The notes below the pieces were generated by a model. It was not told where the DNA came from and made no database searches. It was given only the letters and a program-made list of their open reading frames with translations. A program made the position numbers and the translations under genes. Shown here piece after piece: positions 7,680-15,865 of a DNA stretch of 51,967 nucleotides. The number at the start of each line of letters is the position of its first letter. Position 1 is the stretch's first letter. This DNA is from Ruminococcus sp. (GTDB lineage: Bacteria > Bacillota > Clostridia > Oscillospirales > Ruminococcaceae): the NCBI GenBank assembly GCA_017458445.1, contig JAFTAX010000110.1:1-51967 (forward strand), in the 5' to 3' direction.

Positions 7680-9911
7680 ATGGAAAAATTAGAGAAGATA
7701 AAAGGTGAAGTTGACAGTATAATCTACCGCAATGACGAGAACGGATTTGCGGTTATTATGCTTGCCTGTGATGATGAGCTTATAACCGTTGTCGGCGAGC
7801 TTGGCAACGTTGAAGAGGGTGAGGAGCTTGTCTGCACAGGTGAGCTTACTGTGCATAAAAAATTCGGCGAGCAGTTTAAATGCTCTCTTTGTGAGCGGTC
7901 GTTGCCAAAGACAAAATCTGCAATTCAGCGTTATCTTGCAAGCGGTGTAATAAGCGGAATTGGGACGGTTCTTGCGAAAAGAATTGTTGCAAAATTTGGC
8001 GATGAATCGCTTGAAGTAATTGAAAGCGATCCGGAACGACTTGTTGAGATTGAGGGAATTACAATAAAAAAAGCAAAAAAAATGTCTGCTGAATTCAAGC
8101 AGACATTTGCAGTTCGTTCATTAATGATTTACCTCTCATCTTTTGACATACCAGTATCAATTGGTGTCAGAGCATGGAAACGCTGGGGCGACTCGGCGGA
8201 GAGTATGATTAAGACTAATCCTTATGTTATGTGCCGTTACGGCGTTGAACTGCCGTTTATCAAGGCAGACACTATAGCCCGAAACATCGGTATTGAGCAG
8301 ACTGCAAAATGCAGAATCGAAGCAGGAATAGACTGTGTTTTAAAACAGAATGCAAGTACTGGCCACACCTGTCTGCCACTGGACAGGCTTGAAGAAACGA
8401 CCTGCAAGTTTCTGGGAATAAACCATGCTCAGTTTGATGAAGTGCTAAACGAACAACTTGAAGAGGAAAACCTGTTTAAATACTACAAAAAGAACAGGCC
8501 TTTTATAATGCTTCGGGACTATTATAAGGCAGAGGACTATATTTCAAGGCGACTTGAAATAATGAGTGCTGTTGCATTTGACAACAGGATTGACTTTTCA
8601 GCTGTTATTGATATTGCCGAAGAAGAGAATAATATTACATACGAGGACAAGCAAAGGCAGGCAATTAATCTTGCCTTGTCAAAGGGCTTTTTAATACTTA
8701 CAGGCGGTCCCGGTACTGGCAAGACAACAACGCTTAATGCAATAATCTCGCTTTATGAACAGCAGGGTATGCAGGTTATGATTGCGGCACCGACAGGCAG
8801 GGCAGCAAAGCGTATTTCCGACTTAACAGGCTATGATGCAAAGACGATACACAGACTGCTTGAGGTTAAGCACGTTGACAATGATGTGCTGAGCTTTGTG
8901 CATGATGAGAATAATATGCTTGACTGCGATGTGACGATTATTGACGAGATGTCAATGGTAGACTCATGTCTTTTTGAAGCACTGCTCAGGGCATTGAGTG
9001 TAAACTGCAAGCTTGTGCTTGTCGGTGACACTGACCAGTTGCCATCGGTCGGTGCGGGGAATGTGCTGAAAGACATAATCGACAGTGGTGTTATGCCTGT
9101 TGTTACATTGACGGAAATTTTCAGGCAGGCAAAGGAAAGTGCGATTGTTACAAACGCCCATAAAATTGTCAAGGGTGAGCATATTGACTTAACGGAAAAG
9201 GACAGGGATTTCTTTTTCTTTCAAAGGCAGGATTTTCACGATATACAGGACCTTGTTGTTGACCTTTGCAAAAGGCGTTTGCCTGACGCATTCGGATACT
9301 CGCCTTTTGATAACATACAGGTTCTGTCGCCTGCAAGAAAAGGTCCGAGCGGAACAGTTGAGCTAAACAGGATTTTGCAAAACACTCTTAACCCTGCGGC
9401 AAAAGGAAAGTCCGAGATTAAAACGCCTTTGTACACCTATCGTAAGGGCGACAAGGTTATGCAGACAAAGAATGATTATGAGATTGTCTGGAAAAAATCT
9501 GACGGCGAGAATACAGAAAACGGCACTGGCGTTTTCAACGGAGATATTGGCGTTATAACAAACGTCAACAAGATTTTGCAGACGGTTACTATTGATTTTG
9601 AGGGCAGGGTCGCAAACTACTCACTGCCGATGCTTGATAATCTTGAGCTTGCCTATGCTGTCACTGTGCATAAAAGTCAGGGCAGTGAATTTGACGCTGT
9701 TATACTTACTCTTTTTGGCGGATATGACAAGCTTTATTATCGCAATCTGCTCTACACTGCGGTTACAAGGGCAAAGAGGTTGCTTATTATTATCGGCACA
9801 AAGACAAGGGTTGAGTACATGATTGACAACAACAGGCGTACAAGACGTTACACCTGTCTTAAAAATATGCTGATGGAAAGTGGAAATGATGATAAAGAGC
9901 AGGATTTGTAA
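7680..9911 (+). CDS. recD2: ATP-dependent RecD2-like DNA helicase
   Basis: N-terminal YRNDENGFAV OB region, HhH repeats, GGPGTGKTT, APTGRAAKR, DEMSM, VGDTDQLPSVGAG, AYAVTVHKSQGSEF, YTAVTRA. Confidence 0.96.
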   Translation: MEKLEKIKGEVDSIIYRNDENGFAVIMLACDDELITVVGELGNVEEGEELVCTGELTVHKKFGEQFKCSLCERSLPKTKSAIQRYLASGVISGIGTVLAKRIVAKFGDESLEVIESDPERLVEIEGITIKKAKKMSAEFKQTFAVRSLMIYLSSFDIPVSIGVRAWKRWGDSAESMIKTNPYVMCRYGVELPFIKADTIARNIGIEQTAKCRIEAGIDCVLKQNASTGHTCLPLDRLEETTCKFLGINHAQFDEVLNEQLEEENLFKYYKKNRPFIMLRDYYKAEDYISRRLEIMSAVAFDNRIDFSAVIDIAEEENNITYEDKQRQAINLALSKGFLILTGGPGTGKTTTLNAIISLYEQQGMQVMIAAPTGRAAKRISDLTGYDAKTIHRLLEVKHVDNDVLSFVHDENNMLDCDVTIIDEMSMVDSCLFEALLRALSVNCKLVLVGDTDQLPSVGAGNVLKDIIDSGVMPVVTLTEIFRQAKESAIVTNAHKIVKGEHIDLTEKDRDFFFFQRQDFHDIQDLVVDLCKRRLPDAFGYSPFDNIQVLSPARKGPSGTVELNRILQNTLNPAAKGKSEIKTPLYTYRKGDKVMQTKNDYEIVWKKSDGENTENGTGVFNGDIGVITNVNKILQTVTIDFEGRVANYSLPMLDNLELAYAVTVHKSQGSEFDAVILTLFGGYDKLYYRNLLYTAVTRAKRLLIIIGTKTRVEYMIDNNRRTRRYTCLKNMLMESGNDDKEQDL

Positions 9912-10575
9912 TCACAGATTCTGGATAGATTTTGTTTATCCAAATCGCTGTGCAGTTTGCAATAAGGTTATTGTCTGGAACGAGATTGTTTGCAGTGAGT
10001 GTATGCAGGAGTTGCCGTTTCTTGAAAACCCGTTTTTAGTGTCATGCAAGTCAAACGGTGGTAATCTAAAGAAGATTTGCAGCGTGTTTGAATACAAAGG
10101 CAACGCAATATACGGCGTTTATAATCTTAAAGACCGCAAAGGCTTAAGGTTTGGGGAATTCGGCGGCGAGTACTGTTCCAAGTATATTAAGGACAGTGGG
10201 ATTGCGGATATGATTGACGTTGTGACTTTTGTTCCTATGTCAAAGAAAAAGAAGAAAAAGCGTGGCTACAATCAGGCGGAGAAAATTGCAAGGGTTATTG
10301 CAAAAAGTATTGACAAGCCGCTAATGAAAAATCTGTTGATACACAAGTCAACCTCAACTGAGCAACACTTACTTGCTGCTGATGAAAGACTGATTAACGC
10401 AAAGCTATCATTCGATATTTGCAACGACCACGCTGACATTACTGGCAAAACGATACTGCTTTGTGATGATGTTATAACAACAGGTGCTACAATGAATAAA
10501 TGTGCTGAGTTGCTTTTGAAAATGGGTGCAAAAGCTGTTTTCGGTGCGACGATCTGCTCGACCGAAATGAATTAG
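9886..10575 (+). CDS. comF: ComF family protein (zinc ribbon plus phosphoribosyltransferase-like domain)
   Basis: YPNRCAVC...CSEC, RGYNQAE, LLCDDVITTGAT. Confidence 0.9.
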   Translation: MMIKSRICNHRFWIDFVYPNRCAVCNKVIVWNEIVCSECMQELPFLENPFLVSCKSNGGNLKKICSVFEYKGNAIYGVYNLKDRKGLRFGEFGGEYCSKYIKDSGIADMIDVVTFVPMSKKKKKKRGYNQAEKIARVIAKSIDKPLMKNLLIHKSTSTEQHLLAADERLINAKLSFDICNDHADITGKTILLCDDVITTGATMNKCAELLLKMGAKAVFGATICSTEMN

Positions 10576-10603
10576 TATAATCGCCTTTAGTGTTGGCATA
10601 ATA
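10575..10603 (+). promoter_or_regulatory. Putative sigma-G/F-type (forespore) promoter
   Basis: GTATA-17 nt-CATAATA directly ahead of the SD (GGAGG) of two spore-coat-like ORFs. Confidence 0.5.
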
Positions 10604-10620
10604 CTATCGGAGGCGGTTGC

Positions 10621-10818
10621 GTGAAAAAGAAGATAACTGTAAGAGAGCTTAATGAAATTAAAAAGCTTGTCTTGATTCATAACAATTTGATTTGTCGCTT
10701 TGAGCAGTTTTCAAAAACTGTTAAAGAGCCACAGCTTAAAAGTGAGTTTCAAAAGCTTTATGCAACGCTTGTTAATCACAAGAAAAAACTGCTGTCTGCA
10801 CTCTGCACAGACAAGTAG
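10621..10818 (+). CDS. Small spore-coat-associated helical protein (ferritin-like half)
   Basis: GTG start after GGAGG. The pattern ITVRELNEIK...EPQLKSEFQKLYATLVNHKKKLL resembles clostridial small coat proteins found beside Coat F-domain genes. Confidence 0.55.
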   Translation: MKKKITVRELNEIKKLVLIHNNLICRFEQFSKTVKEPQLKSEFQKLYATLVNHKKKLLSALCTDK

Positions 10819-10834
10819 TAAAGAGGTGGCAACA

Positions 10835-11080
10835 GTGGTTGATAATCTTAAGATAATCGGTGAGGCAAAACGCCTTGTAAAAATGGCGTCAACAGCACAT
10901 TGTGATGCATATAACGAGCTTTGCACAGGACCGCTTGGAGATGTGGTTATGTCTGTGCTTGACGGTGAATTCAGAGTTGCACAAAAGCTTGCATCGCTTG
11001 AAGGCTACTTTTCAAATGAAAAGCAGGAAACTTATGCTCAAGAGAGTGAAATAACTATGCTTTTAGAAAAAGAAAGCTAA
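10835..11080 (+). CDS. Coat F-like spore protein (divergent)
   Basis: GTG start after GAGGTG; 81 aa with K...YNE...V...LDGE...GYF...AQESEI, loosely matching the Coat F pattern. Confidence 0.45.
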   Translation: MVDNLKIIGEAKRLVKMASTAHCDAYNELCTGPLGDVVMSVLDGEFRVAQKLASLEGYFSNEKQETYAQESEITMLLEKES

Positions 11081-11084
11081 AAAT

Positions 11085-11114
11085 AAAAGGGACTGAATTA
11101 ACAGTCCCTTTTTT
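11085..11114. terminator. Bidirectional intrinsic terminator
   Basis: AAAAGGGACTG-aattaa-CAGTCCCTTTTTT between convergent genes. Confidence 0.85.
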
Positions 11115-11715
11115 ATATTTCATTTCTGTTTTCCAATGCTTTGAAAAGTGTTATCTCATCGGCATATTCAAGTGAACCGCCGATTGGAATTCCGAAAGCA
11201 AGACGTGTAACCTTAATATCAAGTGGTTTTAGAAGCTTTGAGATGTACATAGCAGTTGCTTCGCCTTCAACAGTAGGGTTTGTCGCCATGATAACTTCAC
11301 TCACTTCACTGTTGTTAATGCGTGAAAGAAGCTCTTTTATCTTAAGCTTGTCAGGTGTGATTCCGTCAATTGGTGAAATCAGACCGTGCAAGACATGATA
11401 TACGCCCTTGTATTCTTTTGTGCGTTCGAATGCCGTAACGTCCTTTGGCGTTTCGACAACGCATATAATTGAGTGGTCACGACCTGTATCAGAGCATATC
11501 GGACAAATAACCTTGTCGGTGAGATTCTGACAGGTCTTGCAGGTGTGAACAGTTTTGTGTGCGTGCAAAATAGCGTCTGCAAAAGCTTGTGCTTCATTGT
11601 CCGACATTGACATAACGTGATAGGCAAGCCTTTGTGCAGATTTCATACCGATACCCGGAAGCTTTGCAAACTGTTCGGCAAGCAAAACAAGCGGTAGTGC
11701 GTTTGATTCAGCCAT
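11113..11715 (-). CDS. recR: Recombination mediator RecR
   Basis: LPGIGMKSAQRLA, C4 zinc finger, YHVLHGLISP, ATNPTVEGEATA. Confidence 0.97.
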   Translation of the reverse strand: MAESNALPLVLLAEQFAKLPGIGMKSAQRLAYHVMSMSDNEAQAFADAILHAHKTVHTCKTCQNLTDKVICPICSDTGRDHSIICVVETPKDVTAFERTKEYKGVYHVLHGLISPIDGITPDKLKIKELLSRINNSEVSEVIMATNPTVEGEATAMYISKLLKPLDIKVTRLAFGIPIGGSLEYADEITLFKALENRNEI

Positions 11716-11717
11716 GA

Positions 11718-12068
11718 TTAAAACAGCCCTGGAATTGAAACGCCGCCTGTGAGCTTCTGCATTTCAGCATCGCTTGTTTCATCAAGATTGTGTACAGCTT
11801 CGTTGAATGCACTCATGATAAGGTCCTGCAACATCTCAACATCATCAGGATCTACAACCTCAGGCTTAATCTTAAGGTCAAGAACGTTTCTCTTTCCGTT
11901 TATTGTAATTTCAACAGCACCGCCACCAACTGATGCTGAAAATTCTCTTTCTTCAAGCTCAGCCTGAAGTGCAGTGATATCGTCCTGCATTTTCTGTGCC
12001 TGCTTGAGCATCTGGTTCATGTTTCCTGACGGGCCTTTTCCCATACCCTGTGGTAATCTTGCTTTCAT
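11718..12068 (-). CDS. ybaB: YbaB/EbfC nucleoid-associated protein
   Basis: [27 protein letters not shown]; located between dnaX and recR. Confidence 0.95.
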   Translation of the reverse strand: MKARLPQGMGKGPSGNMNQMLKQAQKMQDDITALQAELEEREFSASVGGGAVEITINGKRNVLDLKIKPEVVDPDDVEMLQDLIMSAFNEAVHNLDETSDAEMQKLTGGVSIPGLF

Positions 12069-12085
12069 AATAATATCTCCTTAAA

Positions 12086-13702
12086 CTACTTTTTTATTTC
12101 AACTTTGATGTCAGCATCTTTTGCACGATTTAAAAGCTCATCGACCGGACTTTCTTTGTTTTCAGTATCGACAGCTTTAGCAGAATAGAGCTTAAAATCA
12201 AAGTCCTTTCCATAATAATCATTAACAATCTTTTTCAAAACAGCCTTGTCGTTTGACGACTGGAATTTCTTGATGAAGAAGTCACTTGTCACAACTACAA
12301 GGAATTGATTGCCGTTGATACTTGCCTTTGAGTCCATCAAAAACGGAGCAATATCCTGAGCTTCTTCTTTTATTTTTTCAAGAATGTCAGGCCATTCCTT
12401 AAGCGGTGTGAATTTAACTGGATCGGTTGCTTCAGGCTCTTTTTTGACCGCCTTTTTAACAGCAGGAGCTGCAGCTGGAACTGTTGATGTTGTCTTGTTT
12501 ACAACCTTAACAGCCTGTGCATTTTTAACTTCCGATTCAAGCTGTGCTATTCTCATTGTCAAGGCGTTTATCTCATCGCTCTGGTCAGCCGTTACAGTGA
12601 CAGTCTGTTTTGAATCGCCTTCTTTTGCTGTGCAAAGCTTGACAATACACATCTCAAGCTCAATACGCTTGTTTGTAGCAATTGCAAAACGCTCGTTGCA
12701 CTGCTGGAGAATAGATATAACATCTAAAATTCGATCCAGGCTCATCGAGTTTGCCAAAGCTTTCAGCCTTTCAGTTTCTTCAGGCAGACAGGTTATAAGG
12801 TCTGTGCTGTTGTCAACCGTCTTGACGAGCATAACATTTCTCATCTGGCTTAAAAGCTCAGAGCATAGCACCTTCAGATCCTTTGACATATCATAAAGCT
12901 GGTCGATTATTCTTATAGCTTCGGCGGTGTTTCGCTCAATTATCTTGTCGAGTATGTCAAAAAGATAATCTCTGCCAGCAATTCCTGCGGCGTTTGATAC
13001 TGTTTCAATCGTGATGTTATTGTCAAACGCTACACACTGGTCGAGAAGCGATAGAGCATCTCTCATTCCACCGTCAGAAAGACGTGCAATAAGTGCCGCT
13101 GCATCATCATTAAGCGAGAAGCCTTCTTTTGATGCAATATATTTCAGCCTTTCAACAATGTCCTCTGAGCGTATACGTCTGAAATCAAAATGCTGACATC
13201 TTGAAACTATTGTTGCAGGAACCTTATGCACCTCGGTTGTTGCAAGGATAAACTTGACGTGTGGAGGTGGCTCTTCCATTGTCTTAAGCAGTGCGTTAAA
13301 TGCACCAGGCGAGAGCATGTGTACCTCGTCTATGATATAGACTTTATACTTACAAAGCTCAGGTGTGAACACAACGCCTTCACGAAGCTCTCTTATATCA
13401 TCAACCTTTGCATTTGATGCAGCGTCAATCTCGATTATGTCCGCAAGAGAACCGTTGTCAGCGTTTTTGCATATATCACATTCAAGGCAAGGCTCACCGT
13501 CCTTTGGATTAAGGCAGTTTATAGCTTTTGCAAAAATTCTTGCACAAGTAGTTTTGCCAGTACCTCTTGAACCTGTAAACAGATAAGCATGAGCAGTTTT
13601 GTCGTTTAGTATTTGATTTTTAAGCGTTGATGTAATATGAGGCTGAGAAACTACGTCATCAAATGACATTGGACGATATTTTCTGTATAATGCCTGATAC
13701 AT
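12086..13702 (-). CDS. dnaX: DNA polymerase III subunit gamma/tau
   Basis: YQALYRKYRP, GSRGTGKTT, EIDAASN, IIDEVHMLS, SRCQHFDF, GGMRDALSLLDQ. Confidence 0.97.
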   Translation of the reverse strand: MYQALYRKYRPMSFDDVVSQPHITSTLKNQILNDKTAHAYLFTGSRGTGKTTCARIFAKAINCLNPKDGEPCLECDICKNADNGSLADIIEIDAASNAKVDDIRELREGVVFTPELCKYKVYIIDEVHMLSPGAFNALLKTMEEPPPHVKFILATTEVHKVPATIVSRCQHFDFRRIRSEDIVERLKYIASKEGFSLNDDAAALIARLSDGGMRDALSLLDQCVAFDNNITIETVSNAAGIAGRDYLFDILDKIIERNTAEAIRIIDQLYDMSKDLKVLCSELLSQMRNVMLVKTVDNSTDLITCLPEETERLKALANSMSLDRILDVISILQQCNERFAIATNKRIELEMCIVKLCTAKEGDSKQTVTVTADQSDEINALTMRIAQLESEVKNAQAVKVVNKTTSTVPAAAPAVKKAVKKEPEATDPVKFTPLKEWPDILEKIKEEAQDIAPFLMDSKASINGNQFLVVVTSDFFIKKFQSSNDKAVLKKIVNDYYGKDFDFKLYSAKAVDTENKESPVDELLNRAKDADIKVEIKK

Positions 13703-13730
13703 ATTGACTGCCTCCTTAAATTATACATAA

Positions 13731-13902
13731 AAAATCAATCCGACATATAGGCGTGCAGGCGAAACTGTGTCACACGAAACAAACTGCTTAATGCTGCTCG
13801 GTTCCCCGCCTGACATGGTTCACAGCGTTTCATTGCACAGGACCCGCACACCTATATCTCGGATTGATGAGGAACATGCTTATTAGACGTATAATACGTT
13901 GC
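13731..13902 (-). ncRNA. ffs: Signal recognition particle RNA (small type; paired core about 13733-13868)
   Basis: Minus strand TGTGAACCATGTCAGGCGG-GGAA-CCGAGCAGCAT is helix 8. Long closing stem AATCCGA..TATAGG.GTGC / GCAC.CCTATA.TCGGATT. Conserved position upstream of dnaX. Confidence 0.92.
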
Positions 13903-13908
13903 TTTCAT

Positions 13909-13937
13909 AGTATAACACAAATATAAAATAATTTCAA
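13909..13937 (-). promoter_or_regulatory. Sigma-A promoter for SRP RNA/dnaX
   Basis: Minus strand TTGAAA-17 nt-TATACT with TG extension. Confidence 0.75.
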
Positions 13938-14024
13938 GTGTTTTAGCAATATTTTTACGCTGTGTCATAACAATATGAATCTTATATTTTAATAGGTCTT
14001 TTTGTCAGACTGACGCCTTAAGAC

Positions 14025-14053
14025 TTGAAAATGAATCCTGCTTGTGATATAAT
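14025..14053 (+). promoter_or_regulatory. Sigma-A promoter for the amidase
   Basis: TTGAAA-17 nt-TATAAT with TG extension. Confidence 0.75.
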
Positions 14054-14097
14054 TAATAGGAATTAGTTTACTGATAATTACATGGAGTTTTAATATA

Positions 14098-15072
14098 ATG
14101 GGAATGACAAACGAAGAATTTAAAAAGGAATACGGCAGATTGCCTTATAAAAAGAAAAAGAAAAAAATCTACTGGGGCAGGATTATAATTACCGTTATAG
14201 TTTTAGCACTGATTATCTTTGGCATTGTTCAGGCAGTTAGGGCTGTAAAGAATCATTCTAAAGGCGACAAACTTGCAAACGCCACGACTTCACAGGCACA
14301 ATCAAGCAGCAGTGCAGATGATGAGTTTGCAGGCATTGATGAGATGCAGTTTAAGGTGTGTCTTGACCCTGGTCATGGCGATTATGACATCGGCACAGCA
14401 AGTCTTGACGGCAAACGAATTGAAAAGGACGATGACCTAAAATTAGCACTGAAAGTCAGAGACTGCCTTGAAAAGCACGGCGTTGTGGTTGTTATGACTC
14501 GTGATGACGACAGCTTTCTGGAGCTTGATGAAAGATGCAATTTTGCGAACAATGAAAAAGCAGACTTTTTTGTATCGATTCACAGAAACAGCTATGATGG
14601 CGATATTTATGGCGTTGAAGCTTGGGTGCATAACAAAAAGCCACCAAAGGATACAGCACTTGCACAATGCATTATGGACAAGCTCGATAAGACAAAAATT
14701 TCGGACGACAGGGGCGTTCAGTACGGCTATGTAGGCTTACCTTATGATAACTATTACATAAACGCCGAAACGAAAATGCCAAGCTGTCTTTTGGAAATGG
14801 GATTTTTGACAAACGATACCGACAACGAGCTTTTTGATAAGTATATTGACAACTATGCAAAGGCTATCTCAAACGGTATTATTAGTGCCGCTATGCAGCT
14901 TGAGGTTATTGACAACAGCGGTAAGCGTATCTTAAACGAACAGCTTGTCAGCGTTGAAAAGGACTACAAGCGTAAAAAGGATAGCAGCGTTATTGACGAA
15001 AGTTCTGTTTTGGACGATGATACAAGCCTTGTTGTCTATAACGAGGACGAACAGGAAATATATGCAGAATAA
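14098..15072 (+). CDS. Membrane-anchored N-acetylmuramoyl-L-alanine amidase (Amidase_3)
   Basis: Basic N-terminus plus TM helix; LDPGHG, EK, FVSIHRNS and LLEMGF zinc/catalytic motifs. Confidence 0.92.
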   Translation: MGMTNEEFKKEYGRLPYKKKKKKIYWGRIIITVIVLALIIFGIVQAVRAVKNHSKGDKLANATTSQAQSSSSADDEFAGIDEMQFKVCLDPGHGDYDIGTASLDGKRIEKDDDLKLALKVRDCLEKHGVVVVMTRDDDSFLELDERCNFANNEKADFFVSIHRNSYDGDIYGVEAWVHNKKPPKDTALAQCIMDKLDKTKISDDRGVQYGYVGLPYDNYYINAETKMPSCLLEMGFLTNDTDNELFDKYIDNYAKAISNGIISAAMQLEVIDNSGKRILNEQLVSVEKDYKRKKDSSVIDESSVLDDDTSLVVYNEDEQEIYAE

Positions 15073-15107
15073 AAAAAGCAGGGGTTTTAAACCCTGCTTT
15101 TTCTTTT
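15071..15107. terminator. Bidirectional intrinsic terminator
   Basis: A7-GCAGGG-gttttaaa-CCCTGC-TTTTTCTTTT. Confidence 0.85.
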
Positions 15108-15108
15108 A

Positions 15109-15384
15109 TTAATGGCTTTCTTTATACTTTAATGCTTCACTGTTTATAAAGTCGATTGTTTTTTTTAGTCCGTCAGCCGTGATTGCTTCGGTGTTTTCAG
15201 CTTCAAAGCTCTCCGTTAAGTCATAGCAAAGTCTACCATACCATATCTGGCACAAAAGCTCTGCTTTTGCATCATCTCTTACAGGCGTTATCCTGTAATT
15301 AAATCTTTCAAACAAGCTTCCTGTCCATATATTGTTTTCTTCAAAGTAATGTATTGTCGGTATGTCAATAAGTCCGTGTAGCAT
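15109..15384 (-). CDS. Hypothetical protein (91 aa)
   Basis: ATG after AAGGGA; candidate promoter TTGATA-17-TAAAAT at 15416-15444; ends at the shared terminator. Confidence 0.75.
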   Translation of the reverse strand: MLHGLIDIPTIHYFEENNIWTGSLFERFNYRITPVRDDAKAELLCQIWYGRLCYDLTESFEAENTEAITADGLKKTIDFINSEALKYKESH

Positions 15385-15448
15385 AAGTAATTGTCCCTTC
15401 GTTTTTTGTACTTATATTTTATCACAATAATCAGCTTTTATCAAGTGC

Positions 15449-15481
15449 AAAAAACGCTGCACCCGAAAAAAGCACAGCGTT
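15449..15481 (-). terminator. Terminator of 6S RNA
   Basis: Minus strand AACGCTGTGC..GTGCAGCGTTTTTT. Confidence 0.7.
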
Positions 15482-15498
15482 AATGTTAAAAAACACAT

Positions 15499-15705
15499 AC
15501 CGCCTTGCCGTCGTATGGTGTGATAAAACCCGCACTCAAGCAGGTGGGTACCAGCCCAAAGGCTTCACGCTTCCTTCTTCCGTTGCCCGAATCAGCCGAA
15601 GGCGGTCCGGGTCGGGAGGCCTGCAATCCACAGTCGGAGTCCAGTTCCCTTAAAAAATGTGTTGGATTATAAGATACCATACTTACTCGCACAAGGCAGT
15701 TGTTT
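15499..15705 (-). ncRNA. ssrS: 6S RNA
   Basis: About 200-nt rod: 5' GCCTTG..TATGGT pairs with 3' ACCATA..CAAGGC, around a central bubble. It contains CCCACCTGC..GCGGGTT, typical of Firmicute 6S. Own promoter TTGCTA-17-TATAAT (15716-15744) and terminator. Confidence 0.85.
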
Positions 15706-15800
15706 TTCTATTCTTATTATAGCATACATTATTGGATTTAGCAATGGTAATTTCACTAAAAATTAATAGAAAAATTTGTATATGATTCTGATTTATTTTC

Positions 15801-15829
15801 TTTACAAAGATTATTTGCTATGGTATAAT
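15801..15829 (+). promoter_or_regulatory. Sigma-A promoter of the radical SAM pair
   Basis: TTTACA-17 nt-TATAAT with TG extension. Confidence 0.7.
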
Positions 15830-15865
15830 TATTTAATAAGGCAATTACAGCGTGGAGGATAAAAC

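Noticed and set aside
12439-12446. AAAAAAG run in dnaX near codon 420, roughly where E. coli frameshifts to make the gamma subunit
   Set aside because: It is in the wrong phase (GTC AAA AAA GAG rather than A AAA AAG), and A6 is short for transcriptional slippage. I saw no clear stimulatory element.
15486-15692. 68-aa minus-strand ORF
   Set aside because: It coincides with the 6S RNA, has no SD and does not look protein-like.
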